Positions 25,113-38,671 of a stretch of 64,000 nt of DNA are shown in pieces; position 1 is the first letter of the stretch, and each line of letters starts with the position of its first letter. Below the pieces are notes generated by a model. It did not search any database, had not been told where the DNA came from, and saw only the letters and a program-made list of their open reading frames with translations. Source of the DNA: Malacoraja senta. Taxonomy: Eukaryota. The stretch spans positions 1-64,000 of the forward strand of contig JAXLNO010002266.1 of assembly GCA_038087875.1 (NCBI GenBank), in the 5' to 3' direction. The position numbers and the translations under genes were made by a program.

Positions 25113-25291
25113 TTTCCATTTCTGGATTGAATCTTCCGCTTTTAATCCAATTTGAAAAGCCTGCTTCCGAAACAGACCTTACCCTGGCATAGTAATGTTC
25201 TTTGTAATATTCCGTTTCATTTGAAAGGTCACAATATGTTTTTGTGATATTCTGGCACTCAGCTTTGATCTTCCAATCTTTTTCTCCATAC
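25113..25291 (-). CDS. IL20RA: IL20RA exon 3 (YGEKDWKIKAECQNITKTYCDLSNETEYYKEHYYARVRSVSEAGFSNWIKSGRFNPEME)
   Basis: CAG/GTAAG boundaries, 179 nt, phase 2->1. Has the conserved C-x7-C-DLS.ET...YYARV...S.W..S.RF.P of IL20RA D1. Confidence 0.95.
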
Positions 25292-25429
25292 CTGATTTAG
25301 AAAATTACACAATTAATAACCTTGGCAAATACCGCATTTGTAATGTCACCCCCAGTATAAGGAAGTATGAAGAGTATACTGGGCCACCTGCCAGTTAGAT
25401 ACATATAACCCACAGGATCACATGGCTGA

Positions 25430-25780
25430 GGCTGAGGTGCATAAAATCATGAGGGGAATAGATAGGGTGAATGCACAAAGGCTTTTCCCCTGTGTAAGGC
25501 AATCAAGAACTTGAGGGTACAGGTATAGGTTTAAGATAAGAAGGGAAAGAATTAATAGGAACCTGAGGGGCAGCTTTTTCCACACAGATGGTGGTGGGTA
25601 TATGGATGAGCAATTATAAGAAATAGTTGAGATGGATAAAACAACAACATTTAAAAGATATTTGGACAGATATATGGATATGGGCCAAATGTGAGCAAGT
25701 GGGACCAGTTTAGATGGGGCATCTTGATCGACATGGACAAGTTAGGCTGAAGCATCTATTTCCATTCTGTAGGACTCTAA
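25430..25780 (+). mobile_element. CR1 3' fragment
   Basis: Same 3' consensus as the other CR1 copies. Confidence 0.7.
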
Positions 25781-26580
25781 TACTGGTAGATAGTAGATCA
25801 ATCAGAAGAGCGAGTAAATATTAAAATTATGGAAATGTGCTTATCACACTTCACTTACAACAAATTTCTAACATAGCAAGGTGACGAATCATAAAACTAC
25901 CGTGGAAAAAACAACATTACAATTGACATATTCACTTTTAGGTAGTCAGGTAGATGTTGATTAAACTGAAGATGTTATGTTCAAAATTAGCAAATGGGAT
26001 CAAACTGCCTCCAAATCTCAATGCAGGTAATGGATTTATTAATTTGAGAGAAATATTGAATTAAGCTCCAAGGTATTTAACCTTTACAATCTCTGTTTCA
26101 AATACCCAGATGGAATAAAAGGGAACGATTATCAACACATGGGTTTTTTCCTTTGAGTGGTTTATACCATAATCAAGAAATAAAATGAACTTGCTCAGGA
26201 AATAAGAGGAAATTGCTGCGATTACATGGACTGAACATGGTAATTAATCTAAGCCCACAAACGACATTTATAATCAGCACAAATATAAAAAAATTAAATC
26301 ACCAACAATTTTTAAGCCCTCAGTTATATACTTCACATCCAGCATAAAATAAGAATATACTAGAAACTCTCCCACAGTTGCAGTTTCATCTGCTGAGCGT
26401 TGCCAGTATTTTCTGTTTTATTTCAGATTTCCAGCAACAGCAGTTTGTTGATTTATTTCAATTCCAAAGCTGAATTCTAACAATTTTGAATCTCCCAATA
26501 AGGTTCTTTATCTCCCATGGTATGATAAATCTACCAGAACAGATATTGGGTGTGTTGGATGTGGGGCAAACGGACTCTAA

Positions 26581-26805
26581 TGGGACTGTCCCACAGACGA
26601 GTTTTTGTGCGACTACAGGCGACTGCCGCAAAGTTTTCAACATGTTGAACATTTTTCGGCGACAGTGGCGACAATTTTAGCTGTAGTAGGTTGTCATAGG
26701 TTGATGTAGGTGTTGTCGTAGGTGCTGTCATAGGTTGTCACCAGGTGTCGTAGGTGAATTACATTAAAACTAGTCCCTGACAGTCGCCCAAGTGGGACAG
26801 GCCCA
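26581..26805. mobile_element. Harbinger-like MITE
   Basis: Ends TGGGACTGTCCCAC and GTGGGACAGGCCCA, flanked by TAA and TTA. Confidence 0.7.
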
Positions 26806-29143
26806 TTAAGAAGATGCTGGCTTAATACTCAGTGGGAGGCATGGTGGCGCAGCGGTAGAGTTACTGCCTTACAACACCAGAGACACGCGTTCGATCCTCA
26901 CCCCCTGGTGCTATCTGCATGGAGTTTTATGTTCTCCCCGTGATCACATGGGCTTTCTCTGGGTGTTCCAGTTTCCTCCCACATTCCAAAGATGTGCAGA
27001 TTTGTGGGTTAATTGACTTCTGCAAATTGTCCCTAGTGTCTAGGATAGATAGGATGATTGTGAACACCACAGACTCTGTGGGCCTATGTTTCCATGCTAT
27101 ATCTCTAAATTGAACATAACTCAAGTTTAAACTCATGTTCATAAGTCATAGGAGGAGAATGAGGCCATTTGGCTCATTATAGTGATCGAGACATCCAAGG
27201 CACTTAATACAGCGAAAACCAGACATGATATTTTCAGTTAAACGAGAGCAGCAGCGGAAGAGGGTATCAATTCACAGCTGAACAAGACAAATTTAGGACA
27301 TTTTCCTTCAGTGTTCGAAAGTGGCAGAAGCAAGTGACTAATAGTTGTAATGTGTTGCTATGTGGAGCTAAAATATAGCATGTTTAAGAAACCATCTAAT
27401 AATGGAATATGAAGATGGTGGAGTTAATGTTTTGGGAGTGTGAAAGAAAACACGCTTGGTAGTACAGTTCTAAGTTGAACGTGCAAATGCTTTGCAATAA
27501 AATTAAAATCTTAGAAGTAACATGGGCAATGAGTTCATTCTAAAACCCTGTTCTTTATTCCAATAGTTGCCTCCATGTGTATACATGTCTAAAAGTGACC
27601 ATGCACAGGATGGTAGACAAAAATGCTGGAGAAATTCAGCGGGTGAGGCAGCATCTATGGAGCGAAGGAATGGGTGACGTTTCGGGTCGAGACCCTTCTT
27701 CAGACTGGCACAGGATGAGTTGGTTTGATGATTCTGAAACCCATGTGAAACAGTTGGGTAGATTGCACCAGATAAAATAATGCTGCTTTGTGTGCAAATT
27801 GATGCACAGATAGATAACAGATTGATGTAAAATATCTGTGTTATTACAGCGTTTAACACGTTGGTCACTCAGGTGAAAAATCCTACGAGAACTTGCAACT
27901 GCAAACGTGCTATTTAATCTTTTATATATTTTCACATCATCCCACTGTGTCACTGCAAAAAAAAACTTCACTCCAGTGGTACCTTTCTAATTCTAATCCT
28001 TTGCAAACACATAATACAAGAAGCAACACATTTAAAGTGAACACTTCGCATCCTTCAAAAGTTGAAAGTACAGGATTCAAAGACAAACCGATACTCCAAT
28101 ATAGTAGATCAGGGCAGCTTAATAAAATCACATTTCACAGCAGCTACTGAATATAATTTAATAACAATGAAGTCTGTATGCACATGGCTGAAATATTGTG
28201 GTTAACCAAATATGTAAATTCCTCAATAAAGTTGCTGGATTCAATTTTATGAATAATTGAGTTAAAATAACTCTCACTTTTCCACTCATATTCAGTTTGT
28301 TTTTCAATCATGGCACTTATTAAAAACAATTTTGAGATTTCCTAAATTACAAAATTCATTACAACATTCATTACAAAAACATTAAAAATGTAATAATTAG
28401 AAAGGACACATGGTGCAATGAGGCTCAATGCACACAATTTCAAAAGTACATTGAAATCAGTCTTGGATCATGAGATGATTTTTCCTGCTATCTGAAGGCA
28501 GTGACCTTTGCTACCTTTGCAAAATGGACCTGGGGAATTCCATTCAGTCACAATGTGGTGGATAAATGCACAGTTTTGGTACAGAGAGAACAGGAAGCTA
28601 CTAAAATACTTAATTTGAAAAAAATAAAATAATCACATTAATTTATTGATGATAGGGAATATAATGCCAAAAAACAATGGTAGCACACAGATGTATGAAA
28701 GTTTAAAAAAAAAGTATTTCATTTCTAATCTGGATGACCACAAGTCTTTGAGATAAGTCGATGAAGAAAGCTGATGACACAGATTGGTGTTGATTGAGAG
28801 AGTGAAGAATTTAGGTTATAACGCTCTGTGACTCTATGACTAACTAATCTGTCTGTCGGAGGCATAATAGAGGGAGAACAGAGGAGAGGGGAAAAAAGCA
28901 CAAACAACAGCAAAAAACATACTGAAACAGTGAGATACAGAACACTGCACCTGCTGGAACATCTGAAATCAAAGAGAACGCCAGAAAAGCATTCAGGCAG
29001 CGTCTTGGAAAAAAAAAGCTGAGTACCATCAAAATTGGCAAAGGATTGAAAAGCAAAATGAACTACTGCTGGAAATCTGGAACAAGCAGTCGCATTAAGC
29101 TCTAAATAACAATGAATGAATGGAGAATGAGAATAGTAATTAC

Positions 29144-29279
29144 ACTTTATATTGCACGCTGAACTGTTGCTTCCCAGGTGTTCTCCTAGTAGGCAGTTCC
29201 CAGTGTAGAACATTCTGCAAGTTTCGTGACGAGAAATGCAAATTTCTCGGTACAGGTAACATGTTTTCCTTGGAATGTC
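29144..29279 (-). CDS. IL20RA: IL20RA exon 2 (FNIII D1 N-half: ...LPVPRNLHFSSRNLQNVLHWELP...FSVQYKV)
   Basis: Poly-T tract plus AG acceptor and GTAATT donor, 136 nt, phase 1->2. Matches the class II receptor pattern LP.P.N..F.S.N..NVL.W...VQY. Confidence 0.92.
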
Positions 29280-30327
29280 CTAAAAAAAAAACAAAAAACA
29301 GCAATGTTAGAAATGTATGCGGCAGTCAGAATGGTACAAAGTAAAAATGCAGAAGGATTACCAACACTGAAAAATAACATGGTCACATTGGTGTATGCAC
29401 TCCAGAATATCTTCACGATTATAAAGGTCCAGCATGATTTTGCTGCTGCACATTGCAAACAATGAAGTCCCAAATTGTCACCATCTCCGCCCACAATCTG
29501 TCCTGCCACTTTCATTACATGCCCCAATACTCCCACTTCTGGAGGCAGAAATCTGCCCCAGTTCTCCTTCTAGAGCCGATTCCATTTGGTGCTTGGGTCA
29601 TCAACAGATTAGTGGATTGGTTTAAGGAGTTCTGCCACTAGCAGTGCTATTTGAGGTCAACTTGATCACCTTTAAGTAGCTGAAGCAAGACTTACAAGCA
29701 TTCGCGTGTGGTTGAGAAATATCAAAATACCAGTCCATTGCAGGTCATTATTTGCTACCTTGGTGCTTTGATATTTCAGGTGAATGGAGAAGAGAGAGAA
29801 ATATGTGGCCTTTGCACAAAAATCCCCAATTTTCCATTGTTTTATTTCTCTCTGCAATTTGCATTGTGTTGTATGACATAATCTAACTTTGCACAAATAG
29901 CCCCAAAACGCAATGAAATGTCCCTTCTTCTGGAAAAGCTAAAATAGCGTTATTAACAGATCAAGATTTCAGAAGGCAAGCCTGTAAATTATATAACATA
30001 AACCACATTTAGAAAGCCTACATATTGTCTCTGGCTATATTGGTTAGGTATTTTCCATCCTACATAATTTTTGTTCCATTGTGGTTTTGTCTCTCATCAG
30101 CAAAGCGTACTGTTTGTGGTTTCTGTGGCAATTCGAGACAGTTAATGCATGTCACTTTCTGTTGGTAGCCACCTCTTAGACTTCAGCTTTCTGCTTTCAG
30201 CTACCAGATGAACACGAGCCATTGTCATTGTCTGCTCTATTCCCAAGCGACATGGAAAAGCATAAAAATCATCTTATAAAACAAAAATGTATTGGGAAAC
30301 TGATACAATTTATTTATTGCACCCCTC

Positions 30328-30800
30328 CCCAGGTATCTTCCCCATGCAACCGCAGGAGATGCAACACCTGTCCCTATACCCCCTTCCTTGACTCTGTCTA
30401 GGGACCATAACAGTCCTTTCAGGTTAGGCAGAGGTTCATTTGCACCTCCTCCAACCTCATCTACTGTATCCATTGGTCACATTGTGGACTCTTAGACTAA
30501 ACGTAGACTGGGCGATCGTTTTGCTGAACACCTTCACTCAGTCCGCCTGGGCCTATCTGATCTCCCGGTTGCCAAACACTTTAATTCTCCTCCCATTTCC
30601 ACACTGACCTTTCAGTCCTGGGCCCCCTCCATTGTCAGTGAGGCCAAACACAAATTGGAGGAACAGTAACTCATATTTCACTTGGGCAGCTTACAACCCA
30701 GTATATGAACATTGATTTCTCAATCTTCAAGTAACCCTTGCTTTCCCTCTCTCTCCATCCTTCCCCCACCCAAGTCGTTGTACTAGCTTCACAGCTGTCT
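30328..30800 (+). mobile_element. Penelope-like element 3' fragment (GIY-YIG region); terminal repeat seen again at about 31345-31660
   Basis: Degenerate FPCNRRRCNTCP...QRF.CTSSNLIYCI...KRRLGDRFAEHL. Confidence 0.75.
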
Positions 30801-30859
30801 TGCTGACTCTCGTTGTCTGTCGCTCGATGAGAAAAGGATCAGGTAATATCTGACCATTT

Positions 30860-31340
30860 TCCATATTTCTGGGAGAGAGACTTCTGAGAAGACACATTGA
30901 CAGTTATTTGCAGGTTCAAAGGACTGTTGTCTGGCGTGGCAACTCTGAGGTGCTGATCACAGATAATGGGCCCCTGTTCACAGTGGATAACCGAGTGAGC
31001 TTCTCAAAATCCTGACAGCTCGTTCCACAGACATAAATCAAATCTCTTTCTGCGGGGTATGGGAAAGACAGAGAACAGTGAGGAAGGACAAAGGCCTACC
31101 AAAACCTGCTAAAGTGGCAGTCAGAGCTCTCTATCCATCCACAATATTTAATCCCGAGGGTTGATAAACTGCTCTCTGCAGAGACTTGTGAATGGATGAA
31201 GCAGAACTCTGTACCTAACAACAGAAAGGCCGTTAGAAAAGAAGCACAAAACAATGGACAACTTGAGATGGCCAAAGTAAGGAAGGCACCACAATGAAGA
31301 TGCCAATAACTTCCATTGATGAGTTGTGGACACAATAATT
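30860..31340 (+). mobile_element. Degenerate Gypsy-like integrase remnant
   Basis: EVLITDNGPLF resembles the integrase (S/T)DNG.QF motif. Heavily decayed. Confidence 0.4.
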
Positions 31341-31801
31341 CTCCATTTCAAGTAACCCTTGCATTCCCTCTCTCATCGACCCTCCCCCACCCTAGTCGTC
31401 ATGGTAGTTCTACTGGTGGCATCCATATATCCCTTCATTATCACCTCTTCCACAGTCAGCAATACACCATTGTGGGCTCCACCTTTCCTTGGCCATCGGT
31501 GCTGGCTGTGATTGTTCTGAACCTTTTCATACCTCTAGTTTTCCTCTCCCCCGACTCTCAGTCTGAAGAAGGATTTCAACCCAAAACATCACCGATTCCT
31601 TTTCTTCAGAGATGCTGCCTGATTTGCTGAGTTTCTCCAGCATTTTGTTCCTTTCTACAGACTACATTGGACAGATGCCAGATTGACCAGAGTGGTGACT
31701 CAATGTCCAAGCTCACAAAGGTGCATATCACTTATTGAAGGACATCATATTAGGAAGACCACCAGAAGAAATGTGTAGGAAGGAACTGCAGATGCCGAAA
31801 C

Positions 31802-31838
31802 GGGTCTGAAGAAGGGTCCCAACCCGAAACGTCACCTG
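31802..31838 (+). ncRNA. Penelope-type minimal hammerhead ribozyme motif (best-formed copy)
   Basis: GGGT-CTGAAGA-A-GGGT(ccca)ACCC-GAAAC-GTC-ACCT: core CUGANGA/GAAA, stem II, ACGT palindromic stem III and a short stem I. Confidence 0.5.
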
Positions 31839-31878
31839 CTATCTGACCCGCTGAGTTACTCCAGCTTTGTGTCCAGAC

Positions 31879-32108
31879 CAAGGGTTCCCAACCTGGGGTA
31901 AATTTACCCCCAGTGGGTAAATTTCACCTACCCAGGGGGTAAATTTGTTGATTCTGGATTTGTACATATTTTTTCTCATTGACTGTGTTTGGTTCTGGTA
32001 TACCGGTATCTGTTCGTCATTAGTTATTCATAATTATGTGAAATAACATTGTTATGTGCTATTAAAGTTGCCAGGGGTAAACGGGACAAAAAAGGTTGGG
32101 AACCCCTG
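31879..32108. mobile_element. hAT (Charlie-type) MITE
   Basis: TIRs CAAGGGTTCCCAACC and GGTTGGGAACCCCTG. 8-bp TSD GTCCAGAC / GTCTAGAC (1 mismatch). Confidence 0.85.
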
Positions 32109-32792
32109 GTCTAGACCAACAGAAGAATTTGCTTGACAGCTACAGCTATGGAGAAAGGAGGGTGCACCAATAAACCTGTAGAACAAGAATGCCACAGCTT
32201 GACAACAGATGCATGGAACCAGTTAGGATTGCTAGATTGTATCTTGAGGACTTTGTGAAGTACAACAGTTGACAATTGCTTTGATGTCTTTTAAAAAAAA
32301 TCTACTCCAGGAAGAATTTGTCATGTATTTAGAAATAATTACTGGTTTAAAGCAGTCACTTAGTGGTGCCATGTGACTATCTGCTCTCTGGGCTGCAACT
32401 ATGTACCACAGAAAATTCCTTAGTCAGTCTGTGTGAAAGAATGTTGCCGAACACCATGTCTTTCACAATAGGATTGTTGGTAGTTTGAAGTACCGTCTAT
32501 TTTGAGTTTCTTTGTTGGAGAGTGACGTGTGTGATACTGAGATACTAACTAAACTGTCCCAGCTCCAAAGTAAATATCTACCCAACACAGTGGAAATTTG
32601 ACTTGATACTTCATGCTCTCAAATAGCAGGACAAATCACTTCACCCACTCACTATCCCATCAGCCCACTCCCAATCATCAGTAGGGCGATGGCTCATTCA
32701 CAGTGCTATTAAACAACACTCAATATCCAATTAGCTTGCTTGCTACTGCGTAGGAAGGAACTGCAGATTTAACTGCTGGTTTAAACTGGAGA

Positions 32793-32968
32793 TAGACACA
32801 AAATGCTGGAGTCACCCAGTGGGACAGGTATCTCCGGAGAGAAGGAATGGGTGATGTTGCGGGTCGAGGCCCTTCTTCAGACTCTTTGAAGAAGGGTCTC
32901 GACCCAAAATGTCACCCATTCCTTCTCTCCAGAGATGCTGCCTGAGTTACTCCAGCATTTTGTGTCTA
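32793..32968. repeat. Inverted pair of Penelope-like terminal repeats (palindrome of about 175 bp)
   Basis: TAGACACAAAATGCTGGAGT...cttcttcaga|..gaagaaggg...ACTCCAGCATTTTGTGTCTA. Similar pairs at about 20235-20455, 36500-36730 and 40575-40740. Confidence 0.75.
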
Positions 32969-35900
32969 GCCTGCTCACAACTGCTTAGTTTGGGTTTTAT
33001 TGGAACCACTCCACTCCACTCCAGACCTCATAGCAGCCTTATAAAGGAGAAACAAAGGTGATGTTCCTGTCAAAGAACTTTCAACAGAAGACACCTAGAA
33101 AGCTGGTTTGGCGCAAGTCCATTTTTGTACAATGTGGATGCAATGGATCTCATGGGCTTCATCTGTGCAGCAAATTGTTATGATTCTATGTTACTGTAGC
33201 ACAATAACATAGGAAGGAACTGCAGATACTGGTTTTACCAAAGATAGACACAACGTGCTCGAGTAACTTAGAGTCTATGGAGAAAAAGGACGAGTGACTT
33301 TTTGGGTCAGGACCCTTCTTCAGACTGCATTCATTTGCATTCATTTGCATCCCATTCATTGCTATCTGTATTTTAGTTTAACCCCATTCTTTGATGGTGC
33401 ATCAACTGCATTAATAAGAACTTGTTTAGCATTCCCTTCATAAATGCAAAGACAAAATACCTAATTGATCATAAGTGAAGCATGAGCAAGTTAACTAAGA
33501 TAAACAAAAACACTTGCATTATCAAAGCAAAATCAAAATACCAAGAATGCTGAATTAAAAGTAGAAAATACTGTAAATACTGCTTGCAAAAGTTACCACT
33601 TTAAAATTGATTTACCAGTTATGAAAGATTATTATCCTAAAAAAAAATCAACTGTTGCTTACTTCACAGATGCTCAAATTAACTTGGAATATGCCATGAA
33701 AATCACCCAACCCTCTTAATCTTAACTTCAGTCAGTTGAAGCCCATTCTGCTAAACCTTTCTAACAAAGTAGATATCCTCAATCAGAAATTAATTATGTG
33801 GAATGTGGCTGTATCACATCCAAGACAACTGTATCTTTCCTTACATCTAGATCACCACACAGCCATGGACACCTCCACGCCCTGCCCAATTGCACAAAGC
33901 CCTTTGCCTGCTTGTATTCCACTGCTATTGCAATAATGGCCATTATTTTACTAGCCTCTGTAAATTACTTGTTGAGCCGGTAAGCCAAATTCTCAATGAA
34001 CATCAACACTAATTGATCTCTAGCATTTAGTTGAATTTACAGGCCCTTCGGCCCATCAAGTCCCCGACAATGAGTGATCATCCTTATACTAGTTCTATCC
34101 TACACATTATGGACAATTTACAGAATTAACCTACAAACTGACACGTCTTTGGGATGTGGGAGGAAACCGGGTGCACCCAGAGAAAACCCATGTAGTCACA
34201 GGAAAAATGAGCAAACTCCACACAGACAGCAGGTGGGGTTAGGATCGATCCTGTGTCTCTGGTGGTGTGAGGCAGCATCTCTACCACTTAAATTGTACTC
34301 TGTTTTATGATTTTTATTCTGTGATGTACTGTCCTATGATGCCCGTTCCTGTGATGTACTGTCGTTCTATGTTCTAAATGCCCATTTATTCTCCAACAAG
34401 CTACAACCTCCTCTTATGGTGTAATCGAGAGAATTAAATTTAGCTCCGAGGGCTAACGGAATCAATGGATATGGGGAGAAAGCAGGAACGGGGTACTGAT
34501 TTTGGATGATCAACCATGATCATATTGAATGGCGGTGCTGGCTCGAAGGGCCGAATGTCCTACTCCTGCAACTATTTTCCATGTTTCTATGTTTCTAACC
34601 TAGATAACCTCACATTTTCCCTCATTACACTTCAATTACCGTTCTTTGTCCAGTTATTTAGCCTGTCAGCATCTCCTTGCAACCACACTTGTCATTCCCA
34701 GAATTTATTATGCCGCCTTTATTTGTAAACCTGGATTCATTACATCCCTTCATCCAAGAAGTGAGGTTCCAGGCTCGATCACTCAGGATCCATAATTTTC
34801 ATGGGTAAATAATATGGATATTCACAATCCTGGGAGTTGAAATTCCACAACCTCTTGAGCCTTTATCATATGGTTTGTTAAGTTTAAAATAAATGTTAAT
34901 AGCTGAGATTTCATTTATGATGAATCTAATCACCTCCAGTACATCATAGTAGGTTTGGTTATCCAGTAATAGAAAATAGAGATCTCAGACCTTGTATAAA
35001 TCTTGTGGTCTAGCAGACAATCATAACATCCACTGCCCCCCAGTATGCATTTAGTTTAAAGATGCAGCATGGAAACAAGACTCTTCAGCCCACCAAGTCC
35101 ATGCTGACTATCAATCACCCGTTTACACTAGTCCTGGTTATCCCACTTTCGCATCAACTCCCGACACACATTAGGAGCAATTTACAGAAGCCAGTTAAGT
35201 AGCAAACCCAGATGTCTTTGGGATGTGGGATGAAACCTAGTAATTCACAGGGAGAACTTGCAAACTCCACACAGACAGCACCCGAGTTCGGGATTGAACC
35301 TGGGTCTCTGGCGCTGTGAGGCAGCAGGTTTTCCAGCTGCCCCATTGTGCTGCCCTTTGTGTCATGAACTACCTGCAGCAGGGAATTCAAGGCACTGTGG
35401 AGATACCAACAGCATTGTATATACAAAATCATCCAAACATCCTTGCAGGTTATGCAAACCCCTGTCATTCACCACTCGATGGCTACCATTCCCAGCACCA
35501 AAGCCCTCAGTTGTCTCCTATGGACTGGCAACATCCTTTGACAGGTATTTTAGTCCACAGCCTGTCATTGCAAGAGATTATCAGTTGGAGAGGAAAGCAT
35601 TCAAGAATGGTCTCAAAATGTTTTTGTAGAAGTATAACATACTTAAAGGTTCATGGAAATTGCTGCCCATTGAGAAGGAGAAGCAGGTTCAAGATGGCGC
35701 TGAATTTCATCTATCAGGGCTACATACAAGCTCAGCATAAAGTAACAGCAAGCTGCACGCTATCTTGCAAACTACCCATCTGCCATCTCCTGCCCTTCCC
35801 GTGACTGTGTCAACCGGTTTCCTGATGACCTCATTAGTCAAAGGGGATCCTGCAGACTTTGCCACAGATGGAATGAAAGCAAACTATCCTCCACCTTGAG

Positions 35901-37654
35901 CCAACAAAAGAATATCCTCAACAGGTAAAGATATGTGAGACCAAAGATTAGAGGTGGAACATTGATATCCTTAGAATAATAAAGAGGGACAGGAAGATAA
36001 AATATGTAGGAAGGAATTGCAGATGCTGGTTTACACCGAAGATCGACACAAAAATCTGGGGTAACTCAGCGGGTCAGGCAGCATCTCCGGAGAGAAGGAA
36101 AAGGAATGCCTATAAAAGTGAAAAGGATAGTCATGAACCTATAACGTAATCATGAACAGCAAGAGAACGCGAGGGATGTATGTTTAATGTTTATGAGCAA
36201 GGTGTAGGTAGCTAATTAAGAAAGAGACCAGAAAACACATAGCCAAAGCAATAAAATGAGTTCAAAATGCAAGTAGAGATAATTAAAGGCAATGATATCA
36301 TAATTATTTCAAAATTTAAAGGGAATGTTGAGGAGACAAATAGACGATAAAGGTCACAGTTCTGTTGAAGGTCTCCGATCTGAAACATTCACAGATGCTG
36401 CCTGATCTTCTGAATGTTTTCAGCATTTTCTGTTTTACTTCTGATTTACAGCATGTGGCTTACATTATTTTCATTCTCCAGATTAGTAGCTCAGAAGACA
36501 GACACAAAATGCTGGAGTAACTCTGCGGAAGAGGCAGCATCTCTGGAGAAAAGGAATGGGTGACGTTTTGGGTCGAAACACTTCTTCAGTCTGAGAGGAC
36601 TATCAGTCTGAAGAAGGGTTCCAAACTGAAACCCATTCCTTTTCTCCAGAGATGATGCCTGACCCGTTGAGTTACTCTGCATTTTGTGTCCATCTTTGGT
36701 GTAAACCAACATCTGCAGTTCCTTTCTACACATTAATAGTTCAGAACTCTGGCTGCTAATCAAGTTACATAAAACACTGTTAACACTGCACCCTTCTCTT
36801 TTCTGCTCAGCCCTCAACTTCCCCAGGCTTGCAATAGCTCCCAGACTCCAATCCTCCCTTGGTCTCCCTCCATTTCTTTCATTGCCATCCCTCTAGCAAT
36901 CCACAGCCCAGTCAACATCCTCCACTAATTCTGCAAGGACAAAACCAGCAAAAGAAAAAGAAATGCAATGAACTGCAAATGTAGGAATCTTGAGTGAAAC
37001 ACAGAGTGCTGGAGTAACTCTGAGAGTCAGGCAGCATCTGTGAAAGGAATGGATAGATGAAAATACTTAAAGGTTTTTACTTGCATGATCTTTTCTGTTG
37101 TATAGGGTTCATCACGCTAATAAAAATATTGCAATGGGATAAAGGAATGCGATGGTGACACCCAAGATTCAATTTACGTGCTTTTATTGGGAGCTGAATA
37201 ACTTTTAGACCAAAGCATTTAAAAGTGTATTAGGGCATTTTTCTGCAAGATTGACCTGCAATCTGCAGACAATAATCGGCATTTACCTGCAGACTTACCA
37301 AATCCAAGTAAAACATCTTGAAAAGATTCATTCAGGAGAATGGGCTTAGGAGGGAGAGATAGATCAGCCATGATTCAATATCTTGTAGACTTGATGGGTG
37401 GAATGGCCTAATTGTAATCCTATCACTTAAGACATGACCATTACTTTAGAGGTGCGTTATGAATGAATGCAAGCTGTTGTTGGTTTGCTTTTTCCCTTAG
37501 TACTTCACCAAAACCAATAAAATGTCGATAACTAATGAAAACTAGAATAAAATATTTAAAGGTTTTATATAGTTAATAACTGTGATGCCCCAAACTCGCT
37601 GGTTATGGGGAAGAGAATCCGACCCATGTCCACACGGAACTGAAACAATGCGAC

Positions 37655-38032
37655 ATACTCTGGAGTTTAGAAGGATGAGAGGGTAACTTATTGAAACATA
37701 TAAGATTATTAAGGGTTTGGACACGCTAGAGGCAGGAGACATGTTCCCGATGTTGGGGGAGTCCAGAACCAGGGGCCACAGTTTAAGAATAAGGAGTAAG
37801 CCATTTAGAATGGAGACGAGGAAACACTTTTTCTCACAGAGAGTTGTGAGTCTGTGGCCGGTTCTTTGGATACTTTCAAGAGAGAGCTAGATAGGGCTCT
37901 TAAAGATAGCGGAGTTAGGGGATACGGGGAGAAGGCAGGAATGGGGTACTGATTGTGGGTGATCAGCCATGATCACATTGAATGGCGGTGCTGGCTCGAA
38001 GGGCCGAATGGCCTACTCCTGCACCTATTGTC
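37655..38032 (+). mobile_element. CR1 3' fragment (second subfamily, tail gaatggcggtgctggctcgaagggccgaatggcctactcctgcacc)
   Basis: Tail shared with about 2330-2475, 15750-15900, 34440-34590 and 61141-61435 (minus). Confidence 0.8.
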
Positions 38033-38449
38033 TAACTTTGGCACAAGGGAACGAAAATCAACAAACACCAGGGCTGAATAAAAAGGACAGATTGTGGAAA
38101 ACACCGGGAATTGCGGCGCATTCCCAGTTTCACCTTTCTAAATTCCCATTTCCAGTTTCTGCAGTTTGTTTCTTCCCAAAGCATTGGGGACGCATCACTT
38201 TGCAATTTCCCCGCGATTATTATGTCCAAACACTGTACTGCAGAACTTCATTGCTTCGCGGGTCAATTAGAAGCAAGTAGTATTGCTCCATTGTAGTTCC
38301 CGTTGGGCAGCAACAGTGACAACAGAAACCCTTTTCTAAAACAAAAATCAAACGCGAACGCAAGCAGTGAATCCGATTTAGAATGAGGATCAAAACAAAC
38401 GCGCGGTAATAACAAGGGGAGGGGGAGTTGAAGTGATATTCAGTCTTAC

Positions 38450-38510
38450 CTCTTGCAGACAGAAGAATGAGCAGGGGAACGGGGAAAAGCCAGGTTAGGT
38501 CCATGTTCAT
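38450..38510 (-). CDS. IL20RA: IL20RA exon 1 (signal peptide MNMDLTWLFPVPLLILLSAR)
   Basis: Hydrophobic leader followed by a phase-1 G|GTAAG donor at 38449. The second ATG (38504, aacATGg) has the better Kozak context and may be the true start. Confidence 0.8.
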
Positions 38511-38671
38511 ATGAGTGCACCTGCTGAATGGTACAACACTCAGTGGCAGCGATCGGCTCGCAGAGAGAGACTGTGTGTTGCTCAGCAGGTAGAGGAAATG
38601 AAATCGCTCTGCCCTGAAGACCTAGGCGTGACCGCAGTGCATGTGCATTCACCTCTACCTGCACTTCAAGG

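Noticed and set aside
28725-29536. 162-aa and 116-aa minus-strand ORFs as separate genes
   Set aside because: They overlap IL20RA exon 2 in other frames or run through intron sequence, with no recognisable domain.
38105-38215. NF-kB/ISRE-like motifs in IL20RA intron 1
   Set aside because: All are imperfect (3-nt spacing of TTTC repeats, mismatched kB site) and cannot be supported without conservation data.
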